DNA of 64,000 nucleotides from a phage: sequence record PX393110.1; one strand, 5' to 3'. Shown piece by piece: positions 44,740 to 52,724 of this stretch (position 1 is its first letter; each line of letters starts with the position of its first letter). The notes under the pieces were generated by a model. It saw only the letters and a program-made list of their open reading frames with translations, ran no database searches and was not told where the DNA came from. The position numbers and the translations under genes were made by a program.

Positions 44740-44988
44740 TTAGAATGGGCGGTGACGAGATTCCGTTACCTGAAGACCTTCGAAGATCTTACCAACGAAG
44801 TCAAAGCTTACACCATCTTCTACCGATGTAATCTTGACACTATTGGTATCATCGATCTTCTGACCAGTCGCCAGGAGGCCGTTGGGGAGGACTACGCCTA
44901 CGAATTCACGAGTATCAGGTGGTCTACGGAAGTGTTTCTTCCCAGCAGGTTTCTTGTGTCTCGAGAACGGATTATTATTATAAGGCAT
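44740..44988 (-). CDS. hypothetical small basic protein
   Basis: 82 aa, Lys/Arg-rich N-terminus. Confidence 0.3.
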   Translation of the reverse strand: MPYNNNPFSRHKKPAGKKHFRRPPDTREFVGVVLPNGLLATGQKIDDTNSVKITSVEDGVSFDFVGKIFEGLQVTESRHRPF

Positions 44989-45349
44989 TGTCTAGCTCCT
45001 CTTTTATAGTATGATCTTTGTACATTCTTAAACTATACGGGTTCTCTATCTCTTCGAATTGAAGACCATCGAATCCATGTATCATGTTAGCGAATCGCAT
45101 ATTATACATGGTAATCCTGATCTGCCAAATCATAGAATTAGAGGCTTTACGGAATACTTTACACGGCTCACTAACTACAGCACCCTGGATCTTCTTTAGC
45201 TCGTTAACGATGTTCGACACATCTTCAAGTTCGCAATATGACTGAAAGATCCGTGATGGACATCGTCTTATTTGACTAACGTCTGAACCATACATAATTT
45301 TTACACAACGAGTAGATTGAACACAGAAGGACGTTGGATACGCCTCCAC
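44978..45349 (-). CDS. hypothetical protein
   Basis: ORF; true start may be internal MYGSD (ATG at 45295). Confidence 0.3.
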   Translation of the reverse strand: MEAYPTSFCVQSTRCVKIMYGSDVSQIRRCPSRIFQSYCELEDVSNIVNELKKIQGAVVSEPCKVFRKASNSMIWQIRITMYNMRFANMIHGFDGLQFEEIENPYSLRMYKDHTIKEELDNAL

Positions 45350-45353
45350 CGCT

Positions 45354-45384
45354 TTAACAGCCTTTTAGGTCATTAAAACGGCGG
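45354..45384 (-). promoter_or_regulatory. class-1 conserved motif, copy 12
   Basis: TTAACAGCCTTTTAGGTCATTAAAACGGCGG. Confidence 0.4.
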
Positions 45385-45392
45385 AGTTCAGA

Positions 45393-46184
45393 TCAATACC
45401 GTGGGTCGGTATCCTGATAATCGCGAATCAAGTCATAGACGAGCACATCCAGACGAGTAGCATCTTCACGCTTCATGCGGGTAGGTCTGTACATATGAAT
45501 ACATACACAGTGCTTAGACCATACCTTAGCAGTCTGACGTTCCGTAAGTTCTTTACGGTCGACGATGTACTTCTCGAATGCGTGATAAGAGATAGGCTTT
45601 GATACTTCGATATATTGGCACATATCGAGGAATTGCGGGTAGTCGTCAGTCAGGTAACGACTGAATACATCCTGGTAATAGGAGTAGTTAGGGAACTTAC
45701 CACCATTTTCCAGAGATAAAGCATGAGTCTCTATCTCCTTCAGCATCAGAGACATGAATGCCTGATTATTGCTGGGGGAGGTCCACATGTTGATTTCGCA
45801 GTAGTCTAACCGAGGGGAATAAACGCGTACCTGAGTCTCGTGAGGAGTGTAGGTTTCGTGAGGGCTTCGGATAAAGAGTGTATCAGCATCAACATAGGAG
45901 TAACCACGAAGATCCATCATTACCTGAATCTTGAGTCGCAGGTAATCACATACAGAGGCCATCTTAGCCTTAGTCTTCAGGATATTATACGCTTTCTCCA
46001 TGATAGGATCTCTGGCGAATAAATCCTGGATCATAATGCATCGGCACCCTTCGATAATGTTTTCAGTATTATCGATCACCAGCACATGGTCCTTAGGTCC
46101 ATATTTCTGTAAGGATTTAATGCATTCCCGAACATGGATAGGCATCTTTGGTCCTACCCAAAGCTGGAAATAATTCTGACTCAT
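45393..46184 (-). CDS. DxD-motif glycosyltransferase (GT32-like sugar-binding-region family)
   Basis: YFQLWVGPKMP (cf. IHQIWIG..P) and SVCDYLRLKIQVMMDLRGYSYVDADTLF (cf. SDxxRYxxLYxxGGxYxDxDxxxxP). Confidence 0.45.
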   Translation of the reverse strand: MSQNYFQLWVGPKMPIHVRECIKSLQKYGPKDHVLVIDNTENIIEGCRCIMIQDLFARDPIMEKAYNILKTKAKMASVCDYLRLKIQVMMDLRGYSYVDADTLFIRSPHETYTPHETQVRVYSPRLDYCEINMWTSPSNNQAFMSLMLKEIETHALSLENGGKFPNYSYYQDVFSRYLTDDYPQFLDMCQYIEVSKPISYHAFEKYIVDRKELTERQTAKVWSKHCVCIHMYRPTRMKREDATRLDVLVYDLIRDYQDTDPRY

Positions 46185-46818
46185 AGTTACCTCTATGTTA
46201 TTTATTTTAAACTGGATAGGGACCTAATAGAGTAAATTAGTAAATAAATACTTATTAGTTACCTCTTACCTATGCTAAGGGAAGCGTACTCGAGGAGTAC
46301 AGAGGCTTAGCGAAAGAGCGGAGTAACACCTTTATCCCAATTAGTCAAAGTAGAGAGCGAAGGAGTCGCGCCCGCTTGAGGCGGCGCGACCTCCGCTTCA
46401 CCAATCCTACCGGATGAGCGCCTGCGACCACCCGAGCCTACCCCTGCATCACTCTCTAAAGCCACTTCGGGCTTTACCTCGTTCTGCTACGCGATACGCA
46501 GGCGATAGCTACACTAAGTCCCCTGGAGATGGCTAGTAAGCATCCGCTACCAGTCATATCCAACCTAACATTGGCGAAGCCAGGGACTAGGCACTCCGCG
46601 CCAATAAGCTACATTAGGATTTATGTCCGTATTCGAAGATAGGCCGATCGGTGAGACTATGCATTCATCTCTGCTCAACCAGGAAGCGCCGATTAGGGTA
46701 AATACCCAAACTACCTTCTTAATGTCACTCCTCCCAGACCGCTTCGGGACTTAGCTTAAGTCATATCCGAATAATCTGGCATCTACGACGGACCGTAGTG
46801 TATGGAGCGTACTGCAAT
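46185..46818. other. ORF-free, hairpin-rich segment (candidate structured ncRNA or regulatory region)
   Basis: no ORF of 60 aa or more in any frame; perfect hairpin GTCGCGCC...GGCGCGAC; several C(UUCG)G-type tetraloop contexts. Confidence 0.25.
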
Positions 46819-46848
46819 TTAACAGCCTTTCGATTCATCAAAAGAGCG
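46819..46848 (-). promoter_or_regulatory. class-1 conserved motif, copy 13
   Basis: TTAACAGCCTTTCGATTCATCAAAAGAGCG; no CDS downstream, only the ORF-free segment. Confidence 0.4.
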
Positions 46849-46978
46849 TAATTAGGGACCCGATTATTCCACTTAGCTGCCATCCGTTCGGGTCAACACA
46901 GATCGTTCCAGGTCTTAGGCATCATACCAGACCGTTTCAGTACACTCGGATTATTAGTTCCCGGTGACCATTTAAAGA

Positions 46979-47054
46979 TGGTGGCCCATACTGGTTTCGA
47001 ACCAGTGACCAATCGATTATGAGTCGACTGCTCTCACCACTGAGCTAATGGGCC
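46979..47054 (-). tRNA. tRNA-Met (anticodon CAU; could alternatively be a lysidine-modified Ile2 type)
   Basis: cloverleaf folded by hand: acceptor GGCCCAT/ATGGGCC, D-arm GCTC...GAGC, anticodon loop CTCATAA, T-arm ACTGG-TTCGAAA-CCAGT, 3' ACCA. Confidence 0.8.
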
Positions 47055-47199
47055 GAACTGGTCGGGACCGTGGCCCACACTAGAGGATTTGCCAAACTCC
47101 CCATTATCATGGCCTAAGCCATCCAGACAGCCGTGACTACCCTGCTCCGGTACATGTGATAATGGGGACGTATCCAAAAATGTGGAGATCCCGTTAAGG

Positions 47200-47276
47200 T
47201 GGTACTCCCTACAGGATTCGAACCTGTGACCAATAGCTTAGAAGGCTACTGCTCTATCCAGCTGAGCTAAGGGAGC
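47200..47276 (-). tRNA. tRNA-Arg (anticodon UCU)
   Basis: cloverleaf folded by hand: acceptor GCTCCCT/AGGGAGT, D-arm GCTC-AGCTGGATA-GAGC, anticodon stem-loop GTAGC-CTTCTAA-GCTAT, T-arm ACAGG-TTCGAAT-CCTGT, 3' ACCA. Confidence 0.8.
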
Positions 47277-47457
47277 TTATTAATTCTTCTACCTGCTTAA
47301 CAGATTTATTCATGCCTGTTCCGTGACACTCCCCGCAGACCCAAGTCCGACAGAAGATATCACCAGGCTCAGCATCGTCACACTCTCCTAAACCTCCACA
47401 TTCTGGACATTTAGCTTCATTAACAATACTTCTTAGCTTATGAAAAGTAGTTTCCAT
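47254..47457 (-). CDS. small zinc-ribbon-like protein (uncertain)
   Basis: 67 aa with CPECGG...C and CGECHG Cys pairs; 3' end overlaps tRNA-Arg by ~23 nt, so possibly spurious. Confidence 0.3.
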   Translation of the reverse strand: METTFHKLRSIVNEAKCPECGGLGECDDAEPGDIFCRTWVCGECHGTGMNKSVKQVEELISSLSSAG

Positions 47458-48050
47458 AAATCCTCCATTTTAGGATGACCTCTTAGCTTACCATCGCGAA
47501 AAGCTACATGGAGTGTAGTTAACGTGAACTAAGAGGTCATCATAAAATCAGCTATTGAAAGCTAATATAATACTGTCCCAACCATCTACATAAATTGCGT
47601 TGGCTACATATAATACGAAGAATATAGCAACGACTATTGGATTAATCATCGTACTCTCCTGAGAAATATTATCCTGCTTACTGTTACAGGGACGCCGTTC
47701 GTCGCGCCAGATTACCAATCGGCGATTAAGCCGATCTCGCCAACCGCGTAACGCCATTGGCTGGTATCACATAGGCTTGTAGCCCTCAGTCAACCTGTCC
47801 TGAGGAGGTAGGAAGAGCCATACGCCAAATCCGGGATTGATAGTCCCATATAGCTTCCTACTTTGCCATTCTCGTATGGCCTCGGATACGACTGTCTCTG
47901 GGTAAGGAGTCCCGACAGCTGATACGGTTTAGTTTATTTTTAATTTGAGTCCCACTCATACCTTACAGACTCAAGCACTGCAGACCACCGAAAAACCGAC
48001 TGGTACGCTAGCAGTCGGTCCCACGGATCCCATGAACAACTTATGACAAT

Positions 48051-48080
48051 TTAACAGCCTTTCGAGTCATCAAAAGAGTG
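48051..48080 (-). promoter_or_regulatory. class-1 conserved motif, copy 14
   Basis: TTAACAGCCTTTCGAGTCATCAAAAGAGTG. Confidence 0.4.
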
Positions 48081-48232
48081 TTAAGTTGCCCGCTCCCTAT
48101 CACCGAGCACTGTGATGATGGGAAATAGGGAGCGAAACGATTCCTAAGTTTTATCTTCTTCTCTAAGTGATTAACCGTTACATACGATATACCTTCTTAG
48201 TTAGATAAGCCGGAATTGGCACTTCGAACACT

Positions 48233-48263
48233 TTAACAGCCTTTCGACCGTACAAAAGAGCGG
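48233..48263 (-). promoter_or_regulatory. class-1 conserved motif, copy 15
   Basis: TTAACAGCCTTTCGACCGTACAAAAGAGCGG; tandem with copy 16. Confidence 0.4.
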
Positions 48264-48268
48264 CGTAA

Positions 48269-48811
48269 TTAGACGCTCGCCTCAGACACTTTAACAGCCT
48301 TTGGAACTGTAAAAAGAGCGGGTTTATACCATTCGGGAGTGCGGTAGAAAGTAATGGTACGACCCTCTTTCTCCCAGATATAGTATTTATCGTTCAGGTA
48401 GTTACGATACTTCTCGTAAACTGTTTCGCCAGGAGCACCTGCCACACACGCATAAGGTGTCATGTCAGTCTCCGGACCGACCTTCAAGTTCTTAGGCAGT
48501 TTGCTGAGTCGCGACAGAATAATATCTGTGGCATGCATACGACCGGTACGTTCATAGAACAGGATACACAGATAGTTAGCCAGCTCTTTAACGAAGTTGT
48601 AGTTACCGGAAGATTCACGGACCCAGCGTGCTGATGGGTGATTTACGTGAGTCTGTTTGTAAATACCCTCGATAGCTTGATCGCCATCCAGAACATGATG
48701 AGCTGTGGACAACAGCTGAGCACATTCGATAATCATTTTATTCTGGTGCATTGGCATACAATGGTCCATAGCACATTCTAACGCATCTTCGTGAGTACGG
48801 AAAATATTCAC
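48269..48811 (-). CDS. hypothetical protein (180 aa)
   Basis: GTG start at 48811 after two 5' hairpins and AGGAG; C-terminal codons are supplied by class-1 copy 16. Confidence 0.4.
   Translation of the reverse strand: MNIFRTHEDALECAMDHCMPMHQNKMIIECAQLLSTAHHVLDGDQAIEGIYKQTHVNHPSARWVRESSGNYNFVKELANYLCILFYERTGRMHATDIILSRLSKLPKNLKVGPETDMTPYACVAGAPGETVYEKYRNYLNDKYYIWEKEGRTITFYRTPEWYKPALFTVPKAVKVSEASV
48291..48321 (-). promoter_or_regulatory. class-1 conserved motif, copy 16 (inside the 3' end of a CDS)
   Basis: TTAACAGCCTTTGGAACTGTAAAAAGAGCGG. Confidence 0.4.
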
Positions 48812-48897
48812 TATAATTACTCCTAACGTGGTTTGCTTACTTTAAGTCTCTCGTAAAAGATTTAGAGTAAGCATCGGAGGTAACCACCTCCGACACT

Positions 48898-48928
48898 TTA
48901 ACAGCCTTTCGACGGTACAAAAGAGCGG
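48898..48928 (-). promoter_or_regulatory. class-1 conserved motif, copy 17
   Basis: TTAACAGCCTTTCGACGGTACAAAAGAGCGG; followed downstream by hairpin CGGAGGT-GGTT-ACCTCCG. Confidence 0.45.
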
Positions 48929-48930
48929 TT

Positions 48931-49086
48931 TTAAATCTTACATGCGTCCCCGCAGTCGTCGTCACCAGGCTGGCTGATAACTTCGTCTACGTTAACCATG
49001 CGATCTTCGACACGCTTAGATGCTTCGTCGAGTTCTTCCTGAGAAGGAATATTATTGAAGTCCAACTCTTCAGCAGATTTGCTCAT
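48931..49086 (-). CDS. hypothetical small acidic protein
   Basis: 51 aa from MSKSAEELDF (ATG at 49086) with GAGGAAA upstream; refined from a longer ORF. Confidence 0.25.
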   Translation of the reverse strand: MSKSAEELDFNNIPSQEELDEASKRVEDRMVNVDEVISQPGDDDCGDACKI

Positions 49087-49093
49087 AGTTTCC

Positions 49094-49414
49094 TCATAAG
49101 AACATTTTGACAAGATGTTTAGTACCGTTGATAGCAGCTTTCTTAGCAGCCGACTTAACATGAGCTTTAACTTTCTTATGTAAAGTCTTGGACTTAGCCT
49201 TATTTTTAAGGAGTCGTCCGGCAGCTTTAGCCCTACGCTTGATTCTGTTAGCTGATTCGGAAATAGCAATACCTTCCTCATCAGTAACATCATCAACATT
49301 AGACGAAGCTATCATCAGTAACTGATCATCGGTTAAACCAGCTGCTATGGTTTTGACGAATATTCCTTCATCGACATCACCAACAGCATTAAGGAGATCC
49401 TGTGATTTTGACAT
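49094..49414 (-). CDS. hypothetical protein with Lys-rich C-terminus (histone-like?)
   Basis: start refined to MSKSQDLL (ATG at 49414) with AAGGAG upstream; C-terminal KRRAKAAGRLLKNKAKSK... Confidence 0.35.
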   Translation of the reverse strand: MSKSQDLLNAVGDVDEGIFVKTIAAGLTDDQLLMIASSNVDDVTDEEGIAISESANRIKRRAKAAGRLLKNKAKSKTLHKKVKAHVKSAAKKAAINGTKHLVKMFL

Positions 49415-49883
49415 AATCTTCCCATACATTAATTACTTCCTTACCCAGAGATTTAGCATGGGTTACACAGTTACCTGTACCACCCTTGCTGCCATCCCAT
49501 AAGGCTAATCCCTTCTGACTACGGTTAACCATGTAACGGTTACGCACCATCATCTTGAAAGAATCATACCCAGGCTCGGAAACTATAATTGTGCGACGAC
49601 TTCTCCTGCAGAGCTCAGTCCATTTTTCTACATCTGCAGATCGCCACATCTTGGGCTGGTCAATCATAGGGACTGCTGCGAAATATGGTATTCCGAGGTT
49701 AGCACATGCTTGAGCACATGCCATGTCCCATCCTAAAGCCATACCCACGAACCAGCAGTCGACCTTATTTTCTTCGGTCAACCTCTGGATATGATGTTCG
49801 GCAAACTGGGTAAGCTGATCATGGCTAAAGATATCCCAGCCACCCAGTTTATCTGGCCTATGACCAGTGACGAACATAAACAT
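49389..49883 (-). CDS. YpsA-like SLOG-domain protein (putative)
   Basis: MFMFVTGHRPDKLGGWDIF resembles the YpsA/DUF1273 N-terminal xxVTGxxPxxLGxF motif. Confidence 0.4.
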   Translation of the reverse strand: MFMFVTGHRPDKLGGWDIFSHDQLTQFAEHHIQRLTEENKVDCWFVGMALGWDMACAQACANLGIPYFAAVPMIDQPKMWRSADVEKWTELCRRSRRTIIVSEPGYDSFKMMVRNRYMVNRSQKGLALWDGSKGGTGNCVTHAKSLGKEVINVWEDYVKITGSP

Positions 49884-50224
49884 TACTTCTTCTCTATCTT
49901 GGCCTGCTTAGCCTTAACTAAAGCCAATGCGTTAGCCAGTTTAGCAGAAGTATCCTGCGGACCATCTTCTTCGAGCTGTTTCTTCAGGGACTCCATACGA
50001 TCGGTAGTCCCTTTAGTATCCATCTCGATTAATTCGTTGATGGTCGACCCGCCGACGTTAGGTAACTTGCCGAGTTGCGACAAATCCTTAACTTCGGGGA
50101 TCTTAACGTGAAGTTGAATAGACTGGGATGCTCTCGCGAATGACCCAGCACGACGATTGTCTCCTACCTTATTATATAGGGAAGATAGGTTACCCAGGAA
50201 CGTAATGATATCAGCAGTTTTCAT
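49883..50224 (-). CDS. helix-hairpin-helix DNA-binding protein (putative)
   Basis: start refined to MKTAD (ATG at 50224, GGAGGAA upstream); LSQLGKLPNVGGSTINELIEM is HhH-like. Confidence 0.35.
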   Translation of the reverse strand: MKTADIITFLGNLSSLYNKVGDNRRAGSFARASQSIQLHVKIPEVKDLSQLGKLPNVGGSTINELIEMDTKGTTDRMESLKKQLEEDGPQDTSAKLANALALVKAKQAKIEKK

Positions 50225-50243
50225 ATTTGATTCCTCCAACGGT

Positions 50244-50274
50244 TTAACAGCCTTTGGACCTTACAAAAGAGCGG
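50244..50274 (-). promoter_or_regulatory. class-1 conserved motif, copy 18
   Basis: TTAACAGCCTTTGGACCTTACAAAAGAGCGG; ~19 nt upstream of ATG, at the strand-switch region. Confidence 0.45.
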
Positions 50275-50420
50275 TTTTTATTCAAAAAGAGTGTTAAAAT
50301 TAGGTTTTTGAGCTTTACAGGACGCCCCTGCGCTCTAAAGATAGGCCTCAAAAGGGTGTTTTTGTGAAGGTTGTCCGAGCCCCGTCCGGGACGTCTTCAA
50401 CTATAAACAGGAGAAATACA

Positions 50421-50894
50421 ATGGGCGAGTTAGCTAAGCAAAACTTAAGTACTATTCAAAAGGGTCTTTCCTTAGTTAATTCGGAGGGTTCTGAATCCGT
50501 TAACGTCAAAGCCCTACAAGGTAAAGAGATAGGCTTACAGATTCTCCAGCTAGGTCTGGCTGAGTCTGAGGCTAACCGAGTAGCCAAGCTTAACGGGATT
50601 ATCGAGATCCTCGAAAAGAAAATCTTTGATCCTGAGCGTCTGGACAGACTCACCGAGAAGGAGCAGATCGAGAGATATCAACTGGCATTAGCTAGTGCAT
50701 CTCAGTCGGCAGCATTCGTTAAATCGACCATTGGTTCGATTAACTGGACAGCTATCGAAGTATCTCTGCTGAGTCTGGCTTCCGCCATAGAGACTGCCAA
50801 TGAAGGTCAGTCTCCTAAGGATCGTAAAGATATGTCTACTATCGCCAATAACTTGATTAAGCAATTGGCGGAAGGCATTGGTCCTAAGGGGTAA
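50421..50894 (+). CDS. putative terminase small subunit (by position)
   Basis: 157 aa ORF immediately upstream of the large terminase; AGGAG 8 nt before ATG; no motif support. Confidence 0.3.
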   Translation: MGELAKQNLSTIQKGLSLVNSEGSESVNVKALQGKEIGLQILQLGLAESEANRVAKLNGIIEILEKKIFDPERLDRLTEKEQIERYQLALASASQSAAFVKSTIGSINWTAIEVSLLSLASAIETANEGQSPKDRKDMSTIANNLIKQLAEGIGPKG

Positions 50895-50897
50895 ACC

Positions 50898-52724
50898 ATG
50901 ACTGATGCATTAGATGAGTTTATTGAAGCATGTGGCTCTAGACTCGAAGCTATGCATCAGTTAGCGTTGATGAGTGGCTACGAGGAGCGGGTTCCGACGA
51001 TCCAGGATTTCATAATGGATCCGTACTACCTGGGTAAGTCTCTGGTAGATGCTGACGGTGTCTGCTCGGTCTATCCTATATGGATGGATGCTCTAGCTAA
51101 GATTTACCCTACTCCTTACACTTCACCAGCTGTAGAGATTTATCTAACTGGTGGTATCGGTCTGGGTAAGTCAACTGCTGCTAAGATTATCACTCTCTAC
51201 GACCTGTGCAAATTGCTATGTCTTAGAGATCCTCGCGCTCATTTTAAACTTCTGCCATCCACAGTAATTCGTTGGATGTTGATGAACGCCACTAAAGGTC
51301 TATCCTACGATGTACTCTACGCAGAGATCATCGAGTGGATAGAGAACAGTCCATTCTTCAAAGGTAAGATGACTGGTGGTAAGAATCCTCGTACTTTGTT
51401 CATTAAGAATGTGGACTTAGGATTCGGTTCTCGTGGTCAGGATGCTCTGGGGCAGGCTACCGTAGGTGCTATCTTCTCAGAGATAAACGACATGACCGTA
51501 GTTCATGGTCAGGCAGAAGATAACTTCGACACCATCTATACTCGTATGAACTCTCGTTTCGGGGGTAAAGGGGTAGAGATGATTGGCCACTTGATTCTAG
51601 ACTCTTCGAATAAGGGAAACCGTTCCTTTATCGATGTTCGTCTAGAGGATAAAGCCAAGAAAGGAATTAACGACTATCTGTTATTCAGATATGCCCACTG
51701 GGAAGCTAAATGGCACCTCGGAGGGTATTCTGGGGAAATGTTCTACGTCTATGCTGGTGACCAGTATCGAGATCCGTTTATCTTTGATGAGAATACTCTC
51801 AAGATTAAAGACGGTCTGGAGCCATCTCGTATTATCTCTGTACCTGTTGAACATAGACAGGAATTCGAGACTAACATTGTTAAGTCTCTCAGGGATCTTG
51901 CTGGTGTGTCTACATTCGGTACATGGTCGTTCATCTCGTCCTACGAGGTGCTTAACCGAGCAGCTGACCACATTAACCCTACTGAATCTAACGTGGTAGT
52001 TCTGGACTTCTTCGATAAGGAGCAGACTCTTCACCAGACTATAGATGTCCCCAGACTTGCCTTCCTTAATAAGAAGGATCGGTTCATCCATATTGACTTG
52101 GGTCTTAAGAACGACTCAACTGGTATAGCCTGTTCTTATCTCGATGGTTATGTAGACCAAGAGACCTATGATCCTCTGACCAGTACTCGCATGGTTACTC
52201 GTGAACCTAAGATTGTTACTGAGTGGGCATTAGAAATTACCTGCCAGCCTGGTCAGGAAGTCCCTATCTACAAGATTAAGAACTTCTTAATAGAAGCATC
52301 TCAGCAAGGTTACCCAATTAAAATGGTAACCACAGATGGATACCAATCCACGAACTTACGTCAGGATTTAACTCTGGCTGGGTTCGAGACTGCTCTGCTA
52401 TCTGTAGACCGGACTAAAGACCCGTATAACTACTTAAGAAACTCGATTCTCGAAGGTCGCAGCACTATTCCTGCTGTACCTAAACTGATCAAGGAGCTTA
52501 AAGAGTTGGAGGAAGGAGAAGGTAAGTTCGACCACCCTCCGTCGGGGAGTAAAGATATCGCGGATGCTGTCTGCGGATCTCAGTGGTCAGTTAAAGAGAA
52601 TATCCATAAGATAGGGTCTACTGCCACGGTTGAAGATCTTCAAGTTGCACTCCACGAACTTAATAAGTCTAGGGATGCGAAGGAGATGTTTCGGAACATT
52701 ATTAAGCAACGAGTGGGTGGCTAA
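50898..52724 (+). CDS. terminase large subunit (putative)
   Basis: 608 aa; Walker A-like GGIGLGKST; followed with TAAATG overlap by the portal-sized gene. Confidence 0.55.
   Translation: MTDALDEFIEACGSRLEAMHQLALMSGYEERVPTIQDFIMDPYYLGKSLVDADGVCSVYPIWMDALAKIYPTPYTSPAVEIYLTGGIGLGKSTAAKIITLYDLCKLLCLRDPRAHFKLLPSTVIRWMLMNATKGLSYDVLYAEIIEWIENSPFFKGKMTGGKNPRTLFIKNVDLGFGSRGQDALGQATVGAIFSEINDMTVVHGQAEDNFDTIYTRMNSRFGGKGVEMIGHLILDSSNKGNRSFIDVRLEDKAKKGINDYLLFRYAHWEAKWHLGGYSGEMFYVYAGDQYRDPFIFDENTLKIKDGLEPSRIISVPVEHRQEFETNIVKSLRDLAGVSTFGTWSFISSYEVLNRAADHINPTESNVVVLDFFDKEQTLHQTIDVPRLAFLNKKDRFIHIDLGLKNDSTGIACSYLDGYVDQETYDPLTSTRMVTREPKIVTEWALEITCQPGQEVPIYKIKNFLIEASQQGYPIKMVTTDGYQSTNLRQDLTLAGFETALLSVDRTKDPYNYLRNSILEGRSTIPAVPKLIKELKELEEGEGKFDHPPSGSKDIADAVCGSQWSVKENIHKIGSTATVEDLQVALHELNKSRDAKEMFRNIIKQRVGG

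Noticed and set aside
47055-47199. A third tRNA between tRNA-Met and tRNA-Arg
   Set aside because: The hairpin has an 11-bp perfect stem enclosing ~47 nt, and no D-arm, T-arm (TTCGA-type) or acceptor/CCA geometry could be folded.
47548-47757. 69-aa ORF in the RNA-rich region
   Set aside because: Its N-terminal half is Arg/Trp-rich with no SD, and only the last ~30 residues look like a hydrophobic helix; it sits in a region otherwise devoid of genes, so it is probably spurious.
48269-48811. Assignment as T4 endonuclease V (DenV)-like pyrimidine-dimer glycosylase
   Set aside because: Only a vague C-terminal resemblance (TPEWYKP versus PTWYKYYGK); the N-terminal catalytic region does not align, so it is left as hypothetical.
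14264-50274. The repeated ~31-bp class-1 motif as a possible CRISPR array or intrinsic terminator set
   Set aside because: Copies are kilobases apart, separated by genes rather than uniform spacers, and always sit just upstream of gene starts. The conserved dyad is AU-rich with a bulge and has no downstream U-tract in the transcribed orientation, and several copies follow genuine terminator hairpins.
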